From NCBI GenBank assembly GCA_963727805.1, contig CAVSHF010000003.1, positions 704,001-768,000 on the forward strand: a stretch of DNA of 64,000 nucleotides, given 5' to 3'. The notes under the pieces were generated by a model. The model saw only the letters and a list, made by a program, of their open reading frames with translations. It was not told where the DNA came from and did not search any database. A program made the translations under genes and the position numbers. Below are positions 1-10,306 of the stretch, one piece after another. The stretch is from an uncultured Nitrospiraceae bacterium. Lineage in GTDB: Bacteria; Nitrospirota; Thermodesulfovibrionia; Thermodesulfovibrionales; Dissulfurispiraceae. Position 1 is the first letter of the stretch. Each line of letters starts with the position of its first letter.

Positions 1-263
1 GTGATCCGGTAAAAACCTCCTGCAGAGAGCATGAGGGCTGAGAGATGAAAACACTAAGATTTTGGTTCCAGCATCATTTTAACGCATTACATTTGTATTG
101 TAGGCTTGTCGATTTTGGTATTTCCGTAAGAGCTGCAAAAGGCTTTTGCCAGCATTATGAACATGTCGCCCACAAAATAATCTATTAGAGACTGAGCGGC
201 AATTATGCTCTCAGGTGAGGGCTTACTCATACTCTTTTTCACAATAGTAATAAGGAGAATAAT

Positions 264-578
264 ATGATTAAGCATATGGTTAAGAATAGAGATTGCACCG
301 AAGTAAACCGCGGGATAAGACTTCGAGAGCTCAAGCGGTGGAAGGTAAATGATAAGGAGCCTATGCCGTTTTACCTCCAAACGGGAGACAGCAGCGGCGT
401 GGTGTTCAACGGCAAGCCGGAAATCGTAAGGCAGTTGATGAGGATGTACAATGAGCAAAAGTTATTCTTTCAAATAGAGTTTGTATCCTTCCTCAACTCC
501 GAAGGGATCGTGGCTTGTAGAGTTTCAACCCCGGTAGACGATATGCTGGGATATCACGCTGAACTCTCGAACAATTAA
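264..578 (+). CDS. Hypothetical protein
   Basis: 104-aa ORF with AAGGAG RBS upstream of the ATG; no recognisable motif. Confidence 0.5.
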   Translation: MIKHMVKNRDCTEVNRGIRLRELKRWKVNDKEPMPFYLQTGDSSGVVFNGKPEIVRQLMRMYNEQKLFFQIEFVSFLNSEGIVACRVSTPVDDMLGYHAELSNN

Positions 579-961
579 TAAGATGAGTTAAACAATATAA
601 CCAGATCGGAGAGGAGATAACTCCGCCCGTTCCGGTGGTCACAGCACTCTAACAGGCTAAGCACACTAGAGGTGCCAGAATTGTAAAACCCCTTAGTCCC
701 TTGCTTGATTCTGCCCAAGTATTTTCGAAAATCCGGCCTAAGGTTGAAGCCCAGCCTTCCAGTGGGCAAACAGCCATGGCTGGCGACATGCTATCTGTCT
801 CAACCAACTTATAGCCCCTCGGATGCTCATTCTGCCAAACACCCCGATCATTAGAGCAACTGCAAAAAGCTCCTCTCCAGATTGGATGCCTGGCAGGCAA
901 TCTACCACCCATGGCAAGGAATAGTCCTTCAGTAGAATGGCCGGCGAATTACCTTTGTTCG

Positions 962-991
962 TTGACAATATGTAACCAGACAGGTTACAAT
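962..991 (+). promoter_or_regulatory. Sigma70-type promoter with palindromic operator for higBA
   Basis: TTGACA (962-967), 18-bp spacer, TACAAT (986-991); inverted repeat TGTAACC-N5-GGTTACA (971-989) overlaps the spacer and -10, as expected for TA autorepression. Confidence 0.7.
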
Positions 992-997
992 TGGAGC

Positions 998-1276
998 ATG
1001 ATCATATCATTCGTGCATAAGGGGCTGGAGAAATTCTACCAGACAGGGGATACCTCTCGGATTCAGACTATTCATGAAAAAAAACTGAGGTTGATTCTAA
1101 CGCTTCTTGATGCAGCAACGAATGTGAAAGCAATGGATGCTCCCGGATTGGAACTGCACAAGCTAAAAGGGGATAAAAAAGACATCTGGTCGGTGACGGT
1201 GCAAGCCAACTGGCGGGTTACATTCAGATTTATTGCGGGTAATGCTGAGGTTGTCAATTATGAAGACTATCATTAA
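998..1276 (+). CDS. higB: HigB-family (RelE/ParE superfamily) toxin
   Basis: [14 protein letters not shown]...[26 protein letters not shown]...YEDYH; start moved to ATG 998. Confidence 0.9.
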   Translation: MIISFVHKGLEKFYQTGDTSRIQTIHEKKLRLILTLLDAATNVKAMDAPGLELHKLKGDKKDIWSVTVQANWRVTFRFIAGNAEVVNYEDYH

Positions 1277-1292
1277 GAAGGAGAGATCACTT

Positions 1293-1625
1293 ATGGCTAT
1301 GCATAATCCAGCCCATCCGGGCGAGGTTTTAAAGGAGTTTTGGCTTGAACCTATGGGGATAACTATCACCGATGCTGCGGAACGCCTACGTGTAGCGCGT
1401 AAAACCGTTTCTAAAATTGTCAACAGTCATGGGTCTATTACGCCGGAAATGGCACTTAGGATTGAAATTGTATTTGGTTCGACTGCGGAGACATGGTTAA
1501 GTATGCAGGCTGCATACGACATATGGCAAATGAGGAATCTTCGTAAGTCTCTACAAGGAACTTTGCGTCATATTCGGCAAGATGGCAGATTGATCGGAAC
1601 TGGTGGCAGATTAGCAGCAGATTAG
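1293..1625 (+). CDS. higA: HigA-family antitoxin (XRE HTH)
   Basis: [11 protein letters not shown]...ITPEMALRI...[22 protein letters not shown]; lies downstream of the toxin. Confidence 0.9.
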   Translation: MAMHNPAHPGEVLKEFWLEPMGITITDAAERLRVARKTVSKIVNSHGSITPEMALRIEIVFGSTAETWLSMQAAYDIWQMRNLRKSLQGTLRHIRQDGRLIGTGGRLAAD

Positions 1626-2135
1626 TGTCGGCCGCCGTTTCCGAGTAATCGCGTATTTAGCTCTCTATGCTTAAAAAGCTGGTTGGGACATGGCCAGTTG
1701 ATGGTACCGTTCCATTCCAGGGAAAAAGCATCTTTTGAGCCGCTGTAGAAGTTAGCAATACGTTACCCACGGTGCGCCTCGCTTTGAAGATCTACTCCTA
1801 ATGATTTATCATCACACTTTACTGAACAACAGCCGATACATATTCTTGTTGGTTCGTAACCTTCGCATCATCAAGTCTCCAGAAATTCTTAGTGATTTGC
1901 ATATACCGGCCTGCTCTTTTGTCTTCATTTACGATCATTTAAGCTCTATATTAGCCAAATGTATTGACCGACGCGAGCTCCGACCACCATGCGGGGACAC
2001 TCAATCTGCAGGCATTCACCCTAGTTTGTTACAATAGGAAGGTTGGAGACGTTTTTGACAAAAATGACCGTTTTTTAACGATTTTGGCCAAGCGAATGTT
2101 ACACTTTAGTAATAAGAGATAATCTCGGAGAGGTA

Positions 2136-3461
2136 TTGGATAGACTCAATCAATATTGTCGGGAGGCCTGGGTTGCCTTAGGCCTGCGTCCAGATGTGGC
2201 CCTATCAGATCCCGACTGCATCGTAGTGATACTCATCGCAGGGATGTTATGTTTGTGCTTCACAACACTGTTGATTGCAGTAGGCCGACGCGTGCGCAAT
2301 GGAGCGCGTTATAAGGCACTAGATCATTTGCGAGAACATTACAGGGATAAAATCCGTAGTGCGATACTTTCAAAAGCCTCTCCCTCTGTGTCAAAAGAGT
2401 TAATGGTGCGGTGCGAATCCCTGCCTTGGCATGCAATCGAAGACACCCTTTTTGAACTACTTGAAAACACCTCTTTGCGCAAAGGGGTGTGTGACTTATT
2501 CATGGAGCTCGGCTATGTCCATTATTACGAGTCTAAACTGTCAAGCAGAAAGACTACTCGTAAGGCGCTTGCGATCGACAAACTCGGGCGATTGAGGTAC
2601 GAGCCTGCGGCGAAGAAGCTATTAGATAGTTTATCTCCATCAGCGAATGCAAGCGCCGATATCATCGGTGTCACTGTAAGGGCTTTATGCAGCATAGGAG
2701 AGCGAGACTCGATAGATAAGATGTTTGGTGCCATGCCAGATATCTTCGATCGGCACGTAATATCCGAAAAGACACTTACCACAGCACTTTTAAGTCGTGA
2801 CTCTACAGTCACAGAATTATTACTGGAATATCGCGGCCTCGCCAGTCTCGATTCACGGTTGCTTTCTGCTTTCCTGGAAGTCCTTAAGGTGTTCCCTGTT
2901 GACAGAAAATCGTACGATTTCGCCATTGCGCATCTTGGTCATAATGATCCCGAGGTTAGGGTGAAGGCTCTGAAGCTTTTGGCATCGACCCAAGACGGCT
3001 TGGTACTGTATGACAATACGCCGATTCTTTCTCTATTGAAAGACCCTGTCTGGTTTGTCAGGCTGCATGCTGTCAAGGTACTGGGGTTGCGCCGGTGCTG
3101 GCCGGCTGCCTACGATATGGTTCGATTGACTTCGGATGAGAACTGGCAGGTCCGCTCGGCAGCGGCAGCAGCCCTCGCAGGCCTTGGCGAAAGGGCATTA
3201 GTTCTTATTTTGGACATCCTCCAGTCTTCCGATCAGTATGCGAAAGAAGCAGTTTGCAGAGCGGTCAGCACTGAGGTATTTGTAAATCTGCTTAGAGCCA
3301 AAATCGAGGTCGGAAATCCCGCAACAGTGGAGATGGTAAGGGAAATCATTGCTATTATGTCTTCGCTCAACTTCGAAGTGCCTCTCAAGGGGATGACAAA
3401 AAGCAACGACATGCATATAAAACCTGATAGTGGAATAAAATCCCTTTCGGAAGAGGCTTGA
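2136..3461 (+). CDS. Membrane-anchored HEAT-repeat protein
   Basis: N-terminal hydrophobic helix; HEAT-like repeats (DPEVRVKALKLL, DPVWFVRLHAVKVLG, DENWQVRSAAAAALA); GGAG RBS and TTG start. Confidence 0.85.
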   Translation: MDRLNQYCREAWVALGLRPDVALSDPDCIVVILIAGMLCLCFTTLLIAVGRRVRNGARYKALDHLREHYRDKIRSAILSKASPSVSKELMVRCESLPWHAIEDTLFELLENTSLRKGVCDLFMELGYVHYYESKLSSRKTTRKALAIDKLGRLRYEPAAKKLLDSLSPSANASADIIGVTVRALCSIGERDSIDKMFGAMPDIFDRHVISEKTLTTALLSRDSTVTELLLEYRGLASLDSRLLSAFLEVLKVFPVDRKSYDFAIAHLGHNDPEVRVKALKLLASTQDGLVLYDNTPILSLLKDPVWFVRLHAVKVLGLRRCWPAAYDMVRLTSDENWQVRSAAAAALAGLGERALVLILDILQSSDQYAKEAVCRAVSTEVFVNLLRAKIEVGNPATVEMVREIIAIMSSLNFEVPLKGMTKSNDMHIKPDSGIKSLSEEA

Positions 3462-4894
3462 ATACTATGCTACATATACTAGCAGCCTGCATTATCACGT
3501 TCAATTATTTTGTTATTTTTTATTTCGCTGCCGTAAATATCATCTACACAGGCCTGCTCTGTATTGCGCTGTTTGTCGTTCTGAAGCAGATACGGCGGAT
3601 GAAGTACGCACCGCACAAGAATCTGAGGACTTCGGTAGAGGCACCGCCAGTTTCCGTTATAATACCCGCATTCAACGAGCGGTCTGTCGTTATTAGGACC
3701 GTGGAGTTCGCGTTAGCACTCAAGTATCCTAATTTTACAGTAATCGTTGTAAATGACGGCTCGAATGATGAGTCTCTCCAGGCACTTATAAAGGCTTACT
3801 TACTCGAACCTATTGACTCGCCGATTGCTCCCATTTTAAAAACAAAACCGATTCGTGGTATCTACTATAGCCCTCTCATCCCCAACTTGTATGTTATCGA
3901 CAAGGAACGCGGTGGTAAAGCAGATGCCCTTAACTGCGGCATTAATGCCTCACACGATCCTTACTTCTGCTCTATAGATGCCGATACCATCATTGAACCA
4001 GATGCATTGCTCCGTCTTATGTCGGCGGTCATACAAAGCCCAGTGCCCGTGATAGCCTGTGGGGGTGTCGTTCGGGTGGTAAATGGCAGCACACTAAAAG
4101 AGACGCATATTGAAAAGATTGAGTTGCCACGTTCATCGCTTGCCGTATTTCAGATCGTCGAATATCTCAGGAGTTTTCTGTTTGGGAGGGTCGGGCTTGA
4201 TTTTCTTAACGCCACCCTCATTATTTCCGGCGCATTTTCGTTGTTTAGCAAGCGGGCGGTGCTGGACATCCACGGCTTCAGTACGGATAATGTGGCAGAA
4301 GACATGGATCTCGTTGTAAGGTTGCACAAACATTTTGTTCTTGCCAAAAAACCCTATGCTGTCAAGTTTATCACAGATCCTATATGCTGGACGCAGGTGC
4401 CTGAAAGCATAAGAATGCTTGCCCGGCAGCGCAGACGCTGGCATCTGGGGCTCATTCAGACTACTGCACGTAACAAGTCGATGCTGCTGAATCCCAAATA
4501 CGGCAGGCTCGGCCTCCTTGTGATGCCTTACTATGTTTTGCTGGAAATGATCAGTCCGCTTATTGAGATATTGGGATACATAACGATCCCTTTCGCTTAT
4601 TTCTTAGGCTTAATCAACTTTGATTTCTTAATCCTGTTTCTTATCTTTGCCTTGCTATGTGGTTCTTTTTTATCGGTTGCAGGGGTGCTTATGGAAGAAA
4701 TGACTTTTCACCGATATCCGAAATGGCGACACCTATTCACCCTGGTGCTATACGGGGTGATGGAAAACTTCGGGTACCGTCAGTGCAATTCGTTCTGGCG
4801 GGCGCAGGCGTTCTATAAATATTTCATGGGGAAGCATAAATGGGAAGTAGTCAAGAAAAAGAAGCACCACGCAAGTGAGAAAGTCGGCCCATGA
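3458..4894 (+). CDS. Processive GT2 glycosyltransferase (PgaC/IcaA-like synthase)
   Basis: VSVIIPAFNE, VNDGS, GGKADALN, SIDAD, AED and QRRRW motifs; TM helices at both ends. Confidence 0.9.
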   Translation: MNTMLHILAACIITFNYFVIFYFAAVNIIYTGLLCIALFVVLKQIRRMKYAPHKNLRTSVEAPPVSVIIPAFNERSVVIRTVEFALALKYPNFTVIVVNDGSNDESLQALIKAYLLEPIDSPIAPILKTKPIRGIYYSPLIPNLYVIDKERGGKADALNCGINASHDPYFCSIDADTIIEPDALLRLMSAVIQSPVPVIACGGVVRVVNGSTLKETHIEKIELPRSSLAVFQIVEYLRSFLFGRVGLDFLNATLIISGAFSLFSKRAVLDIHGFSTDNVAEDMDLVVRLHKHFVLAKKPYAVKFITDPICWTQVPESIRMLARQRRRWHLGLIQTTARNKSMLLNPKYGRLGLLVMPYYVLLEMISPLIEILGYITIPFAYFLGLINFDFLILFLIFALLCGSFLSVAGVLMEEMTFHRYPKWRHLFTLVLYGVMENFGYRQCNSFWRAQAFYKYFMGKHKWEVVKKKKHHASEKVGP

Positions 4895-7278
4895 GCATTA
4901 AATCACTCGGATACGAAGCCATTGAGCGCGGAAATTTCCAGGAAGCGGTAAACATTTTCCGGAAGGCTCTATCACAAAACAACAGCGCCGATGGTTATTT
5001 GGGTTTGGGCACGGCATTTGAAAGCCTTGGGGAATTCTTAACAGCCCGCTGGGCATACAATAAGGCACTTGAACTGGACCCGAATAATGGCGACGCGAAA
5101 CATGCATTGGCCACTCTACAGGAGACCATGTTGCGAAAGAGTAAGGACTACCCCGTCCAGCACAAGGTTGCCTTTAGGGCGTTAACAAAGGGGATCGAAC
5201 GACTCGACCGAGGGCAGTGGGTTCCGTTTTTTATGAAGGGGATTAATGTTGGGCTTGGCTTGCCAGGCTACTACCCAGGCGAATATCCCATAGGCAAAGG
5301 GCTGTACCTTCAGTGGATGGAGCAGATGGTGGCCTTTGGCTTTAACACTGTCAGGGTTTATGCCATCCATCCCCCGTCGTTCTATGAAGCACTATATGAC
5401 TTAAACCACGGTGGTGGCAAGCTATATTTGTTACAGGGGATATGGTCGGAGCCGCCTGCTGATAATAATCTTTCAAGCGAAACCTACGCCAGGTATATTG
5501 CCGGACAAATATCGGAGGCCGTCGATGTAATCCTTGGATCGGCGTCTCTTTCGGAACGTCCGGGCCTACCCAGCGGCGTTTATAAGTGTGACGTATCGGA
5601 ATATACCATAGGATTTTTGCTTACGCGGGAATGGGAGAGCTGTACAGTTGCTGCCTACAATAACCTCCATCAGCGGAGGATCTCAACCTACGACGGCTCG
5701 TTCCTGCGCGTGGACGGTGCTACTGCCTTTGAAGGATGGGTGGGCAGCGTGGTTGAATCCATACAGAGCTACGAGTACCAGAAATATGGGCTCACCCATC
5801 CGGTGTCGACTGTCTGCTGGCCTACTTTAGACCCTCTGGAGCATCCTTCGGAGTCTCGGTACGCTGAAGGACTGGCGGCACAGGGGCAAATAATAGACAC
5901 AAAGGTGTGTTCGGAGGACGAGGATGTAGAAACTCTCGATTTAGCTAAGTTTGCCGTTAAGAGCGGTGGCGGCTTTTTTGCATCTTATCATGTTTACCCG
6001 TATTACCCCGACTTTATGAATAACGATTACCTATCGGAAGAGGACCCATACGCTACCTATCTTGGCCAGTTGAAGGAGCATCACGGCGACCAGCCGGTCA
6101 TAGTTGCTGAGTTTGGGGTGCCCGACAGCAGAGAAATTTCGCACTGGAATGTTAAGGGATGGCATCACGGAGGGCATACCGATGTCCGCCAGGCAGAGGT
6201 GGATGTCCTGCTGATGAAAGCCATTCACAAGACGGGTATGTCAGGTGGTATTCTCTTTAGCTGGTTCGACGAGTGGTTCAAGAGGAACTGGCTCTTTATG
6301 AAGTATGAGCTGCCCGCAGAGCGGAAGTCTCTGTGGTTCAACCTGCAGGATGCTGAAGAATGTTACGGATTGATTGCCGCCTATCCAGGGTATCCGAAGA
6401 AGATATGTACATTAACGGCTAACGCTCATGAGTGGGAGCGCGCGGCAGTGATCGCGCAGCAGGCGGCGGTACCCGATGGCTCCAAAATATCAGGTGGGGG
6501 TCTTGCGCTCCGTAGTCTTAAGGCACAGCATGATGAAGGGTTTTTATACCTTCTGCTGGAAACCGGAGGTGCTATTGACTTCAAGAAGGGCAATTATATC
6601 ATCGGCCTGGATACTTGTGATTCAAAGACAGGGGAATTCCGCATGCCCTATGGCTTTGACGAAAAGACCCCGATAGGGTTGAAGTTTGCTATTCACATTG
6701 CTGGCCCGCATAAAAGCCGGATACTCGCATGCAAGTCATACGACAAATACCAGAACCAGGAGGGCGGCGACATATACCCGCACAAATCGTCTGAGGGGGC
6801 TTGGGTAGTCATGCAAAACAAGACCAATGACCGGAGATTCAGCAAGGATGGCCGCAGGGTATACCCTGCACGCGTTGCCACCATGAGCAATCTGACGTAT
6901 GGGAGTCTCGACCCAAAGGCCGAGGACTATAACTCGCTCTCCGACATTTATATAAGAGACAACCTGATAGAGTTGCGGATACCCTGGGGTTTGATCAATT
7001 TCACCGACCCCAGTTCGCATATGATACTTTGGAAACAGGGCAAGCAGATGACAAAGCGTACCGATGGTGTGAGGGCAATGGCTGTATCATATGATCCGTC
7101 TGGGCCGAGCAGCAGCACGTCAAAAGGGACAGGCAGGGAAAGGGCTGACGCATTGCCCAGATCCATGGACCCCCGAGACCTGACCACTTACTCGTGGGAT
7201 GGCTGGGAAGTGCCTCTGTACCACTTCCACGTCAAAGCCGGCGCCGATACATACAGTCGCATGCTGAGGAGTATATAA
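4891..7278 (+). CDS. TPR plus glycoside-hydrolase-like (clan GH-A-type TIM barrel) protein
   Basis: N-terminal TPRs; KGINVG, GFNTVRVY, YHVYPYYPDF, IVAEFG, FSWFDEW motifs. Confidence 0.7.
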   Translation: MSIKSLGYEAIERGNFQEAVNIFRKALSQNNSADGYLGLGTAFESLGEFLTARWAYNKALELDPNNGDAKHALATLQETMLRKSKDYPVQHKVAFRALTKGIERLDRGQWVPFFMKGINVGLGLPGYYPGEYPIGKGLYLQWMEQMVAFGFNTVRVYAIHPPSFYEALYDLNHGGGKLYLLQGIWSEPPADNNLSSETYARYIAGQISEAVDVILGSASLSERPGLPSGVYKCDVSEYTIGFLLTREWESCTVAAYNNLHQRRISTYDGSFLRVDGATAFEGWVGSVVESIQSYEYQKYGLTHPVSTVCWPTLDPLEHPSESRYAEGLAAQGQIIDTKVCSEDEDVETLDLAKFAVKSGGGFFASYHVYPYYPDFMNNDYLSEEDPYATYLGQLKEHHGDQPVIVAEFGVPDSREISHWNVKGWHHGGHTDVRQAEVDVLLMKAIHKTGMSGGILFSWFDEWFKRNWLFMKYELPAERKSLWFNLQDAEECYGLIAAYPGYPKKICTLTANAHEWERAAVIAQQAAVPDGSKISGGGLALRSLKAQHDEGFLYLLLETGGAIDFKKGNYIIGLDTCDSKTGEFRMPYGFDEKTPIGLKFAIHIAGPHKSRILACKSYDKYQNQEGGDIYPHKSSEGAWVVMQNKTNDRRFSKDGRRVYPARVATMSNLTYGSLDPKAEDYNSLSDIYIRDNLIELRIPWGLINFTDPSSHMILWKQGKQMTKRTDGVRAMAVSYDPSGPSSSTSKGTGRERADALPRSMDPRDLTTYSWDGWEVPLYHFHVKAGADTYSRMLRSI

Positions 7279-7279
7279 C

Positions 7280-8083
7280 ATGCCCGACTTTGCGATGTCA
7301 CGGAGAGACTTTCTTAAGGGGTTGGGACTCTCCATGGTGATTTCGACTTTTCCTATGCCCAGTGAGTCTGAAGCAGAAGCCGGTTCGGATATGTCGCAGT
7401 CTATTCCGGTCTTAATGTATCACGGCATCTCGACATGTAACGGAAGTGAATACATGTTGACCGCGTCGGTGTTCGCCGCGCAAATGGAATGGCTATATGA
7501 GCAGGGGTATAAAACTATATGGTTCAGTGACATTGACAAGGGGAACATCCCGGCAAATAGCATAATCCTTACATTCGACGATGGCCATGCTTCCTATGTT
7601 GACTTTGCATTGCCGTTGTTGGAGGGGTACGGGTTTAAATCCACTATGAACGTCATCGGGGAGTTCACCGGTACCTTCATACCCGACAATACCGGCAACA
7701 TGCCTATTCTCAGTTGGGATGAATACCGGTACCTTGTGAAAACGGGACTCGTAGAGTTGGGATGCCATTCCGATCGTCTGCACCACTTCGCTACAGAAGG
7801 GGCTTTGGGGGTCAGTCCCGAGACGCTGCTGGCGGACCTGCTGAACTTTCAAAAGACAATCCGGCAAGAGGTTGGAGTGAGGACAAATGTACTTGCCTGG
7901 CCATATGGTTTTTACTCGGGGCAGACCATTGAGGTAGCTCAAAAGGCTGGCTTTAAGTACCTGCTGACATCCAAGTATGGATACATGCCCAAGGGCGGCC
8001 CTTTTAACGAGGTCCCAAGGTTAAATATTGGGTGTGCATTAGAGTTTCCAAGATTTCAATATCGTATCGAGGGGGATGTTTAA
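7280..8083 (+). CDS. Polysaccharide deacetylase (CE4, IcaB/PgaB-like) with Tat signal
   Basis: SRRDFLK twin-arginine motif; PVLMYH, LTFDDG, HSDRLH, AWPYG. Confidence 0.9.
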   Translation: MPDFAMSRRDFLKGLGLSMVISTFPMPSESEAEAGSDMSQSIPVLMYHGISTCNGSEYMLTASVFAAQMEWLYEQGYKTIWFSDIDKGNIPANSIILTFDDGHASYVDFALPLLEGYGFKSTMNVIGEFTGTFIPDNTGNMPILSWDEYRYLVKTGLVELGCHSDRLHHFATEGALGVSPETLLADLLNFQKTIRQEVGVRTNVLAWPYGFYSGQTIEVAQKAGFKYLLTSKYGYMPKGGPFNEVPRLNIGCALEFPRFQYRIEGDV

Positions 8084-8088
8084 CCGTG

Positions 8089-10248
8089 ATGAAGAGATAT
8101 TGGAGTATCGGCATTTCTGTAATCATCGCCCTATGTCTTTATGCGGGCTTCGTCCGGGCGGTCGAGCCACAAAAGGAAACGGTCACCCACAAACAGGCGC
8201 AAAGTTTTAAGCAACAGGGCGATAAGATGGCTGAAGAGACAAACTTTGCGGGAGCCGCTGGCGCTTACGAAAAGGCACTTGGCGACCGCAGCCAGTTTTC
8301 GGAGTCGGAACGACTCACAATGGCAAAAGTGCTCGCATGGGGAGGCAGGTTGGAGGCTTCGGCCAAGGAACTCGGGCTCATTGTTATTGCCAGCCCGGAC
8401 AATGTTGACGCGAAAGTCCTTCTCAGTCAGGTGCAATACTGGCAGGACAAAAGTGATGAGGCGCTGCCTCTGGTAGAGGAAGTGCTTCGCAAGGACCCCT
8501 TGAATCTAAGTGCACTTCGGCTTAAAGCAGATATTCTCCGGGCGACCGACCCATCGGCGGCAATAGCAATCTATCAAGGTTTGCTGACAAAGTCTGAGGA
8601 CTTTGACGCCCGCCTTGGCTTGGCACACGCATACGTTCAGGCTGGACAATTAACTGAAGCCCGCGAAGAAGCCTCGAAGCTTGTACCTGCCTATCCGTAC
8701 CAGAAACAGGAAGTGCAGAAGATCAAGGATGTTATCGATACTGCTGAAATGAAATCCCAAGAAGCTAGTGTAGTCATACCCCCCCAGCCTGCCGAAGATC
8801 CCGCGCTGGCACATAAGGAAACCGGTGACCGACTGGCTGAGCAGGCTAATCGTGCGGCAGCCTTGAAACACACTCTGGAGGCGCTTGACCTTCGCAGGGC
8901 CGCCTCCAGAGAGTACTTACTGGCCTTCGATCACTCACGCTCTTTTTCAGTCGAAGATCGTCTCCATATGGCTACAGTTATGTCATGGGCCGGCATGTTG
9001 AAACAGTCCAGGCATGAACTGGAGGCAATCCTCCAAGAATCCCCAAAAGAGACCGCCGCAAGGATTCAGCTTGCCAGAGTCTTGTCCTGGCAAGGCGAAG
9101 TTGATAACTCACTGAAACAGATAGATATTGTCCTGTCTTACGATCCCGAAAATCGCGATGCCTTGTTTGTGAAGGCCAACGATCTGCGTCGCACAGGGCA
9201 GTACCAGAAGTCCGAGGAGTTGTATGCCAAATTATTACGTCAGAATGAAGACAATGATGGGCGTGATAGTCTGACATACTCATATATCTATTCCGGCAAT
9301 CGTGTTGCAGCCAATCGCAACATTGCGCTGTTGAAGCCGGTCTCTGCTGACCAGGAGGTCTCATATGCCGAGCTGGTAGATTCGCGCAATCAGGCTTTAG
9401 ACCCATCAGTCTACACCGGCTTTACCTATTACAGCGATTCGGATCACACCCACGTTACACGCTCTCTGGCCGGCGGTACCGTTTGGGTTGGCAACTGGAA
9501 GACATCCCTGGACTATCAGCACATTGTGGCTACCGATCCTGCTAGAACTGTTGCCACTAATGAACTGGCGTTGTCGACATACGCACGCATGCCCTTCTAT
9601 GGAGGCGTGGGTGGTGGGGTCGGGCTTGCGGATGACGCACATATTATGACCTGGAATGGCAGGGCCGATATTGATTTACTTCGTGGATCAGCTGGCGTGA
9701 GTATTTCAAAAGAAGTAGTTACCGATACCGCTCAGATTCTGGAAAACAGAGTCAGGGTGCTGAATGTCAATGGTTCTATTGCGCAAAACCTGACGGACAG
9801 AATTTCGGTCTCTGGAAACTACAGCTATCGAGAGTACTCAGATAGCAATAGTGCCAACGATATCCAACTCAGCGCCTCATATAAACTCATTCACACTCCA
9901 GCTATTACCGTAGGGTATCGTTTCAGGTATTTAGATTTCCGTCGGCAGAGTTTTAGTGGTTATTTTGATCCAAACGATTATGTTTCAAACACCTTATTTG
10001 CCAACATTTCATACGAGAATAAGCACGGAATTTATGGCTATGCCGAGCCATACGGTGGCTATCAGGATTACAAGCGCTATGGCGTGTCTAACAGCAGCTT
10101 ATTCGGTGGGGCATCGGCACTTATTGGCTATCATGTTACCAATCACTTTGCGGTTGAGCTGAATGCTGAAGGTGGCAACTATGCTGCTGCCACGGCCAAT
10201 GGGTTCACGTATTACCAGATTGGCGGGAAAATGATCGTTAGATTCTAA
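8089..10248 (+). CDS. TPR plus outer-membrane beta-barrel export protein (PgaA/NfrA-like architecture)
   Basis: Sec signal MKRYWSIGISVIIAL...VRA; multiple TPRs; aromatic-rich beta-strand C-terminal region ending in Phe (GGKMIVRF). Confidence 0.75.
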   Translation: MKRYWSIGISVIIALCLYAGFVRAVEPQKETVTHKQAQSFKQQGDKMAEETNFAGAAGAYEKALGDRSQFSESERLTMAKVLAWGGRLEASAKELGLIVIASPDNVDAKVLLSQVQYWQDKSDEALPLVEEVLRKDPLNLSALRLKADILRATDPSAAIAIYQGLLTKSEDFDARLGLAHAYVQAGQLTEAREEASKLVPAYPYQKQEVQKIKDVIDTAEMKSQEASVVIPPQPAEDPALAHKETGDRLAEQANRAAALKHTLEALDLRRAASREYLLAFDHSRSFSVEDRLHMATVMSWAGMLKQSRHELEAILQESPKETAARIQLARVLSWQGEVDNSLKQIDIVLSYDPENRDALFVKANDLRRTGQYQKSEELYAKLLRQNEDNDGRDSLTYSYIYSGNRVAANRNIALLKPVSADQEVSYAELVDSRNQALDPSVYTGFTYYSDSDHTHVTRSLAGGTVWVGNWKTSLDYQHIVATDPARTVATNELALSTYARMPFYGGVGGGVGLADDAHIMTWNGRADIDLLRGSAGVSISKEVVTDTAQILENRVRVLNVNGSIAQNLTDRISVSGNYSYREYSDSNSANDIQLSASYKLIHTPAITVGYRFRYLDFRRQSFSGYFDPNDYVSNTLFANISYENKHGIYGYAEPYGGYQDYKRYGVSNSSLFGGASALIGYHVTNHFAVELNAEGGNYAAATANGFTYYQIGGKMIVRF

Positions 10249-10306
10249 GGTTTATTATTGATAGCGAACCTTCAGCTCGCCTGAATCCAGATGTGTTTGC
10301 TCAAAG

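Noticed and set aside
575..968. Short minus-strand ORFs faintly reminiscent of an IS1595-type transposase C-terminus
   Set aside because: No clear catalytic motif or terminal inverted repeats; similarity too weak to call
1626..2135. c-di-GMP riboswitch or small ORF upstream of the EPS operon
   Set aside because: No GEMM consensus seen; the 78-aa ORF has no RBS or motif
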